64,000 nt of DNA, taken from NCBI GenBank assembly GCA_049570475.1, contig CP186953.1:1440080-1504079 (forward strand), read 5' to 3'. This document shows positions 56,357 to 64,000 of the stretch, in pieces (position 1 is the first letter of the stretch; the number at the start of each line of letters is the position of its first letter). The notes below the pieces were generated by a model. The model searched no databases and was not told the DNA's origin. It saw only the letters and a program-made list of their open reading frames with translations. Origin of the DNA: Candidatus Methanosuratincola verstraetei. Its GTDB lineage: Archaea; Thermoproteota; Methanomethylicia; Methanomethylicales; Methanomethylicaceae. Position numbers and translations under genes: made by a program.

Positions 56357-57132
56357 TGGCAGCCAGGGCATACGCAAAGTGCAAGACGGTCCTCTCCAGG
56401 AGCCGCCTTCCGGGTCTTGACTATACATTCAACCCGTACGTAGGGTGCGGTCACGGCTGCTTGTACTGCTACGTCCCAGACCTGTTCAGGGGGAAATTCG
56501 CCCGGTGGCCAGCCAAGGTCGAGGCGAAGGATGGCGTGCTCGAAAAGCTCAGGTCTGAAATCAGAAAGTCGAAGCCTGGGGTAGTCGGAATCAGCACCTC
56601 GACGGATCCATACCAGCCGTTGGAGGCAGATCTCGGGATCGTCAGGGAGGCCCTCGAGATATTCAAGGGCGCGGGTTTCCCTGTTTCGATCCAGACAAAG
56701 TCCCCCTTGGCCCTCAGGGATCTCGACGTGCTAAGGGGCATGGAAGCCGAGGTGGGTTTCACGATCGCTTCGCTGAGGGGGGAGTTCAGGGATATGTTCG
56801 AGCCAGGCGCCCCTGACCCTGCATCCCGCCTCCGCGCCATCGGTCAACTGAGCAGGGCCGGGATCAAGACATGGATCTTCTATGGGCCCATAATCCACGG
56901 GTTCAACGACTCAGATGATGATATCAACGGGATCGTGGAGGCTGCGGCAACGTCTGGCAGCAGGCTGCTCTACGACAGGATAAACCTGAAGCCGCTCGTC
57001 AGCCTCAGGCTCAGGAGCGTCATGCCAGGCAGCTACTTCGAAAGCATTGCCACGTTCGATTACCGCAGCGTGTACCGAAAGATCCAGGCGCGGTGCAGGG
57101 AATTGGGCGTCTCGTCTTCGCCTGCCTTCTGA
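56356..57132 (+). CDS. Radical SAM DNA-repair photolyase-like protein (SplB/SPL family)
   Basis: NPYVGCGHGCLYCY cluster motif typical of the SPL-like radical SAM family; 1-nt overlap with the upstream stop. Confidence 0.6.
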   Translation: MAARAYAKCKTVLSRSRLPGLDYTFNPYVGCGHGCLYCYVPDLFRGKFARWPAKVEAKDGVLEKLRSEIRKSKPGVVGISTSTDPYQPLEADLGIVREALEIFKGAGFPVSIQTKSPLALRDLDVLRGMEAEVGFTIASLRGEFRDMFEPGAPDPASRLRAIGQLSRAGIKTWIFYGPIIHGFNDSDDDINGIVEAAATSGSRLLYDRINLKPLVSLRLRSVMPGSYFESIATFDYRSVYRKIQARCRELGVSSSPAF

Positions 57133-57246
57133 GCCCGAGGCTGCCCTGTATTTGTCTTGTTGTTTTTCAGTTATTCTGTTAAATAGAAAAAGAATATAAA
57201 CTCCCTTCCCGAATTATATAACGGTATATATGGGGTATGGGAAAGT

Positions 57247-57717
57247 ATGACCGGCAGCCGACCCTATAGGCTGCTCTCCTCCTTCGCTGGAGGTTCAAAA
57301 CGATCAAAGAGAGGAGTGTCCCCTATTATCTCCACAATCTTCTTGTGCACTATCACTATTGTGGCAGTTGCCGCGATATCCCCACTGATCTCCTCGCGCC
57401 TCTCTTCGCCTGTGCCTTCGATCGCTGTCACTAAGGCGGTCCTCCTGAAGCAGGACAATTACCTCCTCCTCATAGTCAATTTGAAGAACACCGGCAGTTG
57501 CCCGCTGACCCTCAGCTGCACGCTCTACGACTCTGCTTTGACCCCGTACTCTGCAGGATCGGCGCAGACCATAGCCCCCCAAGGGTCGGCTTCGTTCGTG
57601 CTTGAGAGCCAGACGCTTGGCAGCACATTCAGCATAGGGAACGAGTACAGGATAGATCTGACTGATGCGAATTACGGAAGGATGGCAGAGGTGAGGGTCT
57701 TTTGCATGGGCAGGTGA
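57247..57717 (+). CDS. Archaeal type IV pilin-like protein (class III signal peptide)
   Basis: KRG|VSPIISTIFL prepilin peptidase site followed by a hydrophobic helix; TATA-like AATTATATAA about 35 bp upstream. Confidence 0.5.
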   Translation: MTGSRPYRLLSSFAGGSKRSKRGVSPIISTIFLCTITIVAVAAISPLISSRLSSPVPSIAVTKAVLLKQDNYLLLIVNLKNTGSCPLTLSCTLYDSALTPYSAGSAQTIAPQGSASFVLESQTLGSTFSIGNEYRIDLTDANYGRMAEVRVFCMGR

Positions 57718-58883
57718 GCAGAAGAAAGGATAAGGGGATAGTCCCAATACTTGCAGTGGCAGTGCTGATGGGAATAGCCTTCCTCACGACGGGTATCTTC
57801 GCGGTCGAGTTGAACAGAGTCGTTTACAATCCGGCCCCTGAGGATTTGATCATCCAGGACGCCATGCTGATGAAGCACTACGGGTACGCCTCATTCAAGG
57901 TCACAATCCGCAGCAACACAGACCGCGAGCTCGCCCTGTCCGTCAGCGTGATCGGGGAGGACGGCCTCCCTGCGATAAGGGTGGACAGCGTGCGCGTTCC
58001 CCCCAGGGGCGAGACAACAGTCAGCTCCTCAGGGTTGGTTGGCAGCAAATTCTTCGTGGGCAATGGCTACGCAGTCAAGGTCTCTGGCGGAAGCGACATT
58101 GGGACTTCGGGGGTGGTCGAGTGCAAGGGCGTCGAGTTCTCAAGGAATAAGCTCATCATACTTGCCATTGATGGCTTTTCCGCGATCGTTGGCTACAATG
58201 GCGTGACCAATTTCTCTGCAATAGTCGCAGGGGCTGAGGATGCCGCAATAAGGCTTGGGATACCATACGAGAAGGTCACTACGATGTCTAGGTGGCAGTC
58301 GATACTTGCAAACCCTATGGACGGTATTATGGTAATCAACCCATATGGCGGCGGGACCCCGGTGCCTCCGCAGGGGGTAGACAGCCCCCAGCAGTTCCTC
58401 AGGAACCTGAGTTACATCATTGGCAACCACAGCTGGACTTGGGTCCATGTGGGAGGAGAGCCGTTCTCGCTCCTTTCTGACGGCTCCCGCAAGGTCAGCC
58501 TCAATTCTGACAAGGGGATAGAATGGTTCTTCAACACTGACCACGTCACGATCTCTTCCAGCAATGCACCGATGGAGCTGGTTGACTGCGTGCTCACTGA
58601 GACAGACGGTAACAGCCTGAACTACTTCCTCACCGTCACCAATTTCAGGACTCTGCCAGACGAGATGCGGTTCGGATACCCGATCGTCCTGCCCCCGTCC
58701 GACCTGCCCCAGACCAAGTTCGTTTTCTACCAGAAGCGAGATGGCGACAGCCAGACCGGTGCGAGGAGCTTCATCATCGGATCAGGGTACTACGTGCACT
58801 GGGGCGGGCCGAGCAACCTCCTGAGCGAGTTTGAAACCGGTTCTCTCTCGCTGATGCTCGCGCTTTACACCAACCTTAGGTGA
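57702..58883 (+). CDS. Large pilin-like/adhesin-like protein with class III signal peptide
   Basis: RKDKG|IVPILAVAVLMG N-terminus; 393 aa. Confidence 0.45.
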   Translation: MHGQVSRRKDKGIVPILAVAVLMGIAFLTTGIFAVELNRVVYNPAPEDLIIQDAMLMKHYGYASFKVTIRSNTDRELALSVSVIGEDGLPAIRVDSVRVPPRGETTVSSSGLVGSKFFVGNGYAVKVSGGSDIGTSGVVECKGVEFSRNKLIILAIDGFSAIVGYNGVTNFSAIVAGAEDAAIRLGIPYEKVTTMSRWQSILANPMDGIMVINPYGGGTPVPPQGVDSPQQFLRNLSYIIGNHSWTWVHVGGEPFSLLSDGSRKVSLNSDKGIEWFFNTDHVTISSSNAPMELVDCVLTETDGNSLNYFLTVTNFRTLPDEMRFGYPIVLPPSDLPQTKFVFYQKRDGDSQTGARSFIIGSGYYVHWGGPSNLLSEFETGSLSLMLALYTNLR

Positions 58884-59320
58884 TGGGCATGACCAGGGGC
58901 AGGCGGGGCGTCTCTGAGGTAGTTGCTACGCTTGCGCTACTCACAATCACTCTGGTCGCGATGGCGATATACATCCAAGGCTTCAACCTGTATTACTCGG
59001 GGCAGACAGGGCTGCTCTCCGGCATATTCAGGGCTGGAAGCGAGCAGAACTACGAGCGGCTCTCGATCGTCTATGCCTTCCAGAATGGGTCGGGCGCGAA
59101 CACTGCGCTCTACCTGGTAGTCTCGAATTACGGTGCAAGGAATGCGACCATAGATCGGGTGGTGATAGACACCAACATCACTTCATTCTCGCCCCAGACT
59201 ATCCCGGTCGGGCAGGTCTCAGTGATCAGGGTAAATGTCAGCCTCTCGACCGAATCCGTCCACGTCATATCGCTGATCACCGAGAGGAACAACGTGATCT
59301 CTGCAGAGTTCAGGGTGTGA
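58880..59320 (+). CDS. Archaeal type IV pilin-like protein (class III signal peptide)
   Basis: RRG|VSEVVATLALL N-terminus. Confidence 0.55.
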   Translation: MMGMTRGRRGVSEVVATLALLTITLVAMAIYIQGFNLYYSGQTGLLSGIFRAGSEQNYERLSIVYAFQNGSGANTALYLVVSNYGARNATIDRVVIDTNITSFSPQTIPVGQVSVIRVNVSLSTESVHVISLITERNNVISAEFRV

Positions 59321-59799
59321 TCGGTATGGCCAGGCAATCTCTCCACAAGGACAGGAAGGGCATAACTAACGTCATAGGCGCCATACTCTTCGTCTTGGCA
59401 ATCGTGGCGCTCACCTCAATAATCGCAATAGTGGCAGCCGAATACTCCTCGTATGTCAGGAGCGCAGACTACTTGAGCAACCTCGAAAGGGAGCGCTCTT
59501 CTGAGTCGCTGTATTTCACTTACGCCGCAGGCAACCCGCTCAGGTTGAACATTACCAACACCTGCAGCTCCTCGATAAAGATCACCCAGATCGTCGTGCA
59601 CAACAAGACGAGCAACTCCCTCGTGATCAACCCCATCGCCTCGATCCCCATAGTTCTTAACCCGGGCATGACCGAGTACAATTACAGCATCACTGGGATC
59701 GATACCGCACGCTCCAATGCCACCATCATGATAATCACATCGAGGGGCAATGCGTTTGTCATAGTTGTTGAAGGGGGTAATGTAATATTCAGAAACTGA
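59317..59799 (+). CDS. Archaeal type IV pilin-like protein (class III signal peptide)
   Basis: RKG|ITNVIGAILFVL N-terminus. Confidence 0.55.
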   Translation: MIGMARQSLHKDRKGITNVIGAILFVLAIVALTSIIAIVAAEYSSYVRSADYLSNLERERSSESLYFTYAAGNPLRLNITNTCSSSIKITQIVVHNKTSNSLVINPIASIPIVLNPGMTEYNYSITGIDTARSNATIMIITSRGNAFVIVVEGGNVIFRN

Positions 59800-59912
59800 A
59801 CTCGAACTCGAAAATTGACAAGAGATACCTGACTAGGGAGTTCACCCTGCACAAGGCAGGCGACTTCGTCCAGCCCCTGCCAAAGGATGCCGAGCTGCTT
59901 GAGGAGTATGCG

Positions 59913-61331
59913 GTGGGCGGGGCAAAGGTCGGGATATACCAGGTCCTTGGGGACGGGTATTACTGGGTCACCGAGCCCCCCATGGGCGAGGAGGACATGT
60001 ACGTCTATAACCTCCTCATGAATGCGATCTACTACACGCTCCCGCCGACAGAGGAGAAGGAGCCAATCAGGATACTCGAGGAGAGGCTGAGGCACGCGGT
60101 CGAGGAGATGAAGATCGAGATCCCGCCGGAGCAGCTCGAGAAGATAAAGTACTACGTGATCAGGGACGTTCTCGGGTACGGGGTCTTCGACGTGCTGATC
60201 AAGGACGGCAAGATCGAGGACATATCGCTCGCGGGATCGAACAAGCCGGTCTGGGTCTTCCACAGGGACTACTCATACTTGGACTGGCTTACTTCCAACA
60301 TAGCCTTCAACGACGAGGAGTCCCTACAATCGAGCATCATGCTCTTCGCTCACAAGGCTAAGAGGCACATCTCGACAGCCTTCCCCATCTCAGAGGGGTC
60401 GCTTCCAGAGCGGCACAGGTGCGCGCTCACCTTCGCCAACGAAGTGACCCCGTTCGGGTCGAGCCTCACAATAAGGAAGTTCAGGACCGACCCCCTCACG
60501 CTCTGCCACCTGGTCAAGTTCGGGAGCATATCGCCCCTGATGGCCGCCTACTGGTGGATGATCCTGGAGAACCGTGGGTCCACGTTCATAGTCGGTGAGA
60601 TGGCAAGCGGGAAGACCACCCTCCTCAACGCGCTGGCCTCGCTACTGCCGCCGCACTGGAAGATAGTCACCATAGAGGACACGCCCGAGCTCAGGCTGCC
60701 GCACATGGGCTGGAAGCCGCTCGTCGCGAGGCACACATACTCGATCGCAGAGTCGAAGACCGAGATAAGGCTCTACGACCTGGTGAAGCTATCCCTGAGG
60801 GAGAGAGCCCAGTTCATAATCGTCGGCGAGATCAGGGGCGAGGAGGCCTACGTCTTCATCCAGGCGCTTGCCACCGGGCACGGCGGCGGGTGCACCTTCC
60901 ACGGCGACTCGATCGAGTCGATGGTGATGAGGCTCACCACCCCGCCCATAAACGCATCCCCCTCATTCCTGCCCCTCATCAGCTGCGTCGCAATCTCCAG
61001 GATGCTCAGGCTCCCTGGGAAGAAGCCAATCAGGCGCGTCATCGAGCTCGACGAGATCACGGGCGTAAAGGGTCCGAACGAGGTCGCCAGCAACAAGATC
61101 TTCGAGTGGCACGTGGAGGACGACAAGCACTATCCCCTCGAGCCGTCGGCCGTCGTGAAGTCCAGCCAGAAGCTCGAGAAGATAGCAATGATGATAGGCC
61201 TCACGAAGAGGCAGATGGTCAACGAGCTCGCGAGGAGGACCAAATTCATCGAGGATCTCGTTTCCAGGAACATCCTCGAGTACGGGCAGGTCGCCGAGGA
61301 GATAAAGAAGTACTACGTCTCAAGGAAGTGA
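59913..61331 (+). CDS. Type IV pilus/archaellum-type secretion ATPase (FlaI/PilB/VirB11 family)
   Basis: Walker A VGEMASGKTTLLNAL, Asp/His boxes, 472 aa. Confidence 0.85.
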   Translation: MGGAKVGIYQVLGDGYYWVTEPPMGEEDMYVYNLLMNAIYYTLPPTEEKEPIRILEERLRHAVEEMKIEIPPEQLEKIKYYVIRDVLGYGVFDVLIKDGKIEDISLAGSNKPVWVFHRDYSYLDWLTSNIAFNDEESLQSSIMLFAHKAKRHISTAFPISEGSLPERHRCALTFANEVTPFGSSLTIRKFRTDPLTLCHLVKFGSISPLMAAYWWMILENRGSTFIVGEMASGKTTLLNALASLLPPHWKIVTIEDTPELRLPHMGWKPLVARHTYSIAESKTEIRLYDLVKLSLRERAQFIIVGEIRGEEAYVFIQALATGHGGGCTFHGDSIESMVMRLTTPPINASPSFLPLISCVAISRMLRLPGKKPIRRVIELDEITGVKGPNEVASNKIFEWHVEDDKHYPLEPSAVVKSSQKLEKIAMMIGLTKRQMVNELARRTKFIEDLVSRNILEYGQVAEEIKKYYVSRK

Positions 61332-61340
61332 TCCCAGCCA

Positions 61341-63248
61341 ATGCCCAAAGGCCTGAGGAAGAACACCCCCCTGGCGCTCGCGCTGATCTCGGTCGCCGTC
61401 GCGTTCGGCACCCTCGCAGCCGAGCTCCTGCTCGACGTTGGCGTCATGTTCACCTTCCCGACAATAGGCGTGCTGGTTGTCACGGTCGTGCTGACGGTGA
61501 TCGTAGCCCTCAGGGGGCGGCTCTACCTCGGGACCAGGGAGCCTTTCGCCTTGAAGCAATCCGAGGAGTCGAAGGAGGAGGGGAAGAAGAAGGGCGAAGG
61601 GAAGCGTTACCTCAGCCACCTGCCCTCGTGGATGGGGGACCAGCCGCTCATCCGGTACATCTCGAGGGTGCTCGAGAACTCTGTCAAGGACGAGATCCCC
61701 AAGGCGCTGATGTTCCTCAACCCCACCGTCTATTCCAAGTTCTACAGCGCCCTCTTCCTGCTGACGCTCGCAGCCCTGATGCCCTCCGGGGTCGTACTCT
61801 TCCTGGCCCTCAGGAACCCGCTCGCGCTCCTCCTTGTGCTCTCCCCTTTCATAATTGTGCTCCTGCCCATAATGGAAGTGAAGGTGAAGATCTCGAACAG
61901 GAAGAGCGACACGGGGAACGAATTCCCGTTCTTCATGGTCTATGCTGCCACGATACAAGCAGCGGGGCTCTCCCTCTTCAGCGCCCTCGACAGGCTCGCG
62001 GAGTGGCGGATACTCCCGAAGATAAAGCGGGAGGCGCTCGTCGTGAAAAGGGACTATATGTTCTTCTCCCACAACCCCCTCGCGGCGATCGAGAATGTGG
62101 CGAAGCAGCACCCGGACGAAAACGTCAAGACGATCTTCCTCGGCTACACTTCCGTACTCAGGAGCGGCGGGGACCTTGTCGTCTACCTGAACTCGAAGGT
62201 CAAGGACGGCCTCGCATCGGTGATCGAGAAGTGGAGGCGCTACGCCGAGTCCGCGAGCACGCTTGGCGAGATCTCCCTCTCGGTCTTCCTCATGTTCCCC
62301 TCCCTGCTCATCGCCATGTCTGTCGCGTTCGCGAGCAACTACAGCGTCGTGATGATGCAGCTGTACGGCTACCTTATCCTCCCGCTCCTCGGCGGGTTCA
62401 TGATATTCGGGATACACTTCTCCCAGCCGAAGTTCTACGACTCGTACGACATGAACCGCGCGCTATCAATAGCCATCATAGCGGCGGCTGCATTCGGCGC
62501 CGCGACCTTCTTCCTGATCCAGCCCCTGGCGTACTGGCTGGCTGCGACCCTCCTGATATTCTCGGTGATCACGGGGGCTGAGTACCTGAGGGAGCAGAGC
62601 GAGGTCTCCAAGGTCGAGAAGGCGCTCCCGAACTTCCTGAGGGACATCACCGAGATGATGAAGATCGGGTACGACATCAGCCAGGCGCTAATCAACCTCT
62701 CGAAGCAGCGCCAGTACAACAAGGTCTTCGACAGGCTCCTGAAGAGGGTCTCTGAGCACCTCGAGATGAACATGCCGCTCAGGCGCGTCGCGGAGAAGAT
62801 GGCCGTGAGGAGCTGGCTCTGCAGGTACACCTTCTTCATCCTGAGCGAGATAGTCGACACCGGGGGCGGCACCCCGGAGGTCCTCGAGAACCTCACCGGC
62901 TTCGTGAACAGCGTAGTCATCGAGAAATCGAAGGCGAAGAGCACGACGCGGACCTACTCTTTCCTCGGCTATGCTACGCCGGCATTCCTCTCGGCGGTAA
63001 TGGTCTTCATGGCGAACATGCTCTTGCCCTCGCTGGGCAGCATGTCCTTCGGATCGACCCCAATCGCCGTGCTGCCGAACGCAGCGACCCTTGCCCTGAT
63101 AGCCGACACAGGCATGATGGTGGTAGTCCTCACAGCATTCGTGGTCGGGCTCCTGATCGCAAAGATCGTGGACATGAGCGTCTACGCCACATACCACTCC
63201 GCAATAGCCCTGGCGATATGCTTCGTCTCGTTCACATTCATCAGGTGA
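61341..63248 (+). CDS. FlaJ/TadC-like polytopic membrane platform protein
   Basis: 635 aa with two repeated membrane modules separated by cytoplasmic domains; position immediately after the ATPase. Confidence 0.6.
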   Translation: MPKGLRKNTPLALALISVAVAFGTLAAELLLDVGVMFTFPTIGVLVVTVVLTVIVALRGRLYLGTREPFALKQSEESKEEGKKKGEGKRYLSHLPSWMGDQPLIRYISRVLENSVKDEIPKALMFLNPTVYSKFYSALFLLTLAALMPSGVVLFLALRNPLALLLVLSPFIIVLLPIMEVKVKISNRKSDTGNEFPFFMVYAATIQAAGLSLFSALDRLAEWRILPKIKREALVVKRDYMFFSHNPLAAIENVAKQHPDENVKTIFLGYTSVLRSGGDLVVYLNSKVKDGLASVIEKWRRYAESASTLGEISLSVFLMFPSLLIAMSVAFASNYSVVMMQLYGYLILPLLGGFMIFGIHFSQPKFYDSYDMNRALSIAIIAAAAFGAATFFLIQPLAYWLAATLLIFSVITGAEYLREQSEVSKVEKALPNFLRDITEMMKIGYDISQALINLSKQRQYNKVFDRLLKRVSEHLEMNMPLRRVAEKMAVRSWLCRYTFFILSEIVDTGGGTPEVLENLTGFVNSVVIEKSKAKSTTRTYSFLGYATPAFLSAVMVFMANMLLPSLGSMSFGSTPIAVLPNAATLALIADTGMMVVVLTAFVVGLLIAKIVDMSVYATYHSAIALAICFVSFTFIR

Positions 63249-63320
63249 CCTGCTGTAAAAAGCTTTTAAAAGCGGCTGCCTACTCGCTCCTAGGTTAATT
63301 GCCAGGAGCCAGAAGGAGCG

Positions 63321-64000
63321 ATGCCCAACCCATTGGAGAGAGCGCAGCTGACCATGTTCTACGTGGCAGTAGCCGTGTTCTCGACTGCGTTTGGGATAAT
63401 GTCGCCCGCCGTCCCGCTGTACCTGAAGCTCTCGCTGAATGCCAACGACTGGGAGCTCGGGATCCTGGGAGCGGTCCTGGCCCTCCCGTACATCATCGGG
63501 TCGATCCTGTTCGGCAGGGTATCCGACAGGGTCGGGCGGAAGCCCCTGCTCGTGGGCGGGCTCGCCCTTTACTTCTTCGTGATCCTGGCTTACGTCTCGA
63601 CCGCAGACATCCTCGTCCTCGGGGCGCTGCGCTGCCTCGAGGGGATCGCCTTCTCCTCGATATGGCCCTCTGCCGAGGCGTTCGTCGCGGACAGGAGCGG
63701 GGGAGGCGGGCTGGACCGCCAGGTCGGGCACTACAGCGTCGCGTGGAGCGCGGGCTACACCGCTGGGCCCTTCCTCATGGGCGCGGTCCTCTCGGCATTG
63801 AGCCTGGCGCATGCCTTCGCCCTGGCATCAATCCTTGTCATCTGTGGCATCCTCGTTATCCTGACGATCAGGATGCCGCAAGGCAAACCTGAGCCCGATC
63901 CCGTGGACGAGCATGTGCCCCCGCGCGGCGTCTCAGGGCTGGTCTACATCATGATCATCTGGGGGTTCGCAATGCTCACCTACTACTTCCTGCTCCCCCC
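63321..64000 (+). CDS. MFS transporter (5' partial, runs off the window end)
   Basis: MFS motif-A-like GRVSDRVGRKP between TM2 and TM3. Confidence 0.55.
   Translation, partial: MPNPLERAQLTMFYVAVAVFSTAFGIMSPAVPLYLKLSLNANDWELGILGAVLALPYIIGSILFGRVSDRVGRKPLLVGGLALYFFVILAYVSTADILVLGALRCLEGIAFSSIWPSAEAFVADRSGGGGLDRQVGHYSVAWSAGYTAGPFLMGAVLSALSLAHAFALASILVICGILVILTIRMPQGKPEPDPVDEHVPPRGVSGLVYIMIIWGFAMLTYYFLLP

Noticed and set aside
60890-63812. Very long alternative-frame ORFs (563 aa at 60890..62581 +, 365 aa at 61320..62417 -, 374 aa at 62688..63812 -) overlapping the pilus ATPase and platform genes
   Set aside because: Their products are low-complexity Arg/Pro/Gly-rich strings typical of stop-codon-poor frames in more than 65% GC DNA. 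The FlaI-like and FlaJ-like frames carry clear conserved motifs.

Overview
The window reads as a 64 kb stretch of an archaeal chromosome, probably euryarchaeal, with about 58-60% GC but clear local variation (about 50% to over 65%). It carries class III signal-peptide pilins with a FlaI/FlaJ-type pilus machine, archaeal cobY/cobT, a cbiZ-cobZ fusion, ApgM, ADP-forming acetyl-CoA synthetase alpha and Lrp. Most of it is ordinary coding DNA, and the main blocks are listed below.

1. Housekeeping and queuosine genes at 0.2-7.4 kb: aminopeptidase, a B12-binding domain protein, queC plus a queT-like transporter, a solitary Dam-type methyltransferase, aspartate aminotransferase, and an ArsR-type regulator with a membrane domain.
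2. A bacterioruberin-type C50 carotenoid cluster on the minus strand at 9.4-13.4 kb: crtI/D, crtB, a lyeJ-like UbiA prenyltransferase and a cruF-like gene.
3. An exonuclease-dead but polymerase-intact compact family-B DNA polymerase at 18.5-20.7 kb.
4. An arsenic module at 24.7-26.5 kb: an ArsH-like reductase and ACR3 with a palindromic operator.
5. A single plus-strand cobamide import and salvage operon of about 11 kb at 27.8-39.4 kb. It runs btuFCD, an AsnB-C-like and a Dph6-like PP-loop ATPase, cobD with a Cys-rich tail, cbiB, cbiZ-cobZ, cobS, cobY, cobT, an unknown Rossmann/Cys protein and msrB. An 11-nt motif (AATCCATCCTT) recurs in front of btuF and cobT.
6. A frameshifted ClC channel at 40.2-41.8 kb.
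7. A compact minus-strand island at 42.5-45.2 kb: a Csa3-like CARF-wHTH regulator, a double Zn-ribbon protein, a minimal stand-alone CARF-like protein and a PIN nuclease that is translationally coupled to it. No CRISPR array, Cas10 or other cyclic-oligonucleotide synthase is visible. This is the best candidate for an undescribed signalling or defence module.
8. A copper locus at 50.5-53.9 kb: CopA, an unlisted 48-aa TRASH/YHS metallochaperone ORF and a Cys-rich Fe-S protein.
9. An NreA-like plus SPL-like radical SAM DNA-repair pair at 55.0-57.1 kb.
10. An archaeal type IV pilus locus with four pilins, an ATPase and a platform protein at 57.2-63.2 kb.

No rRNA, tRNA, CRISPR repeats or transposases were seen.
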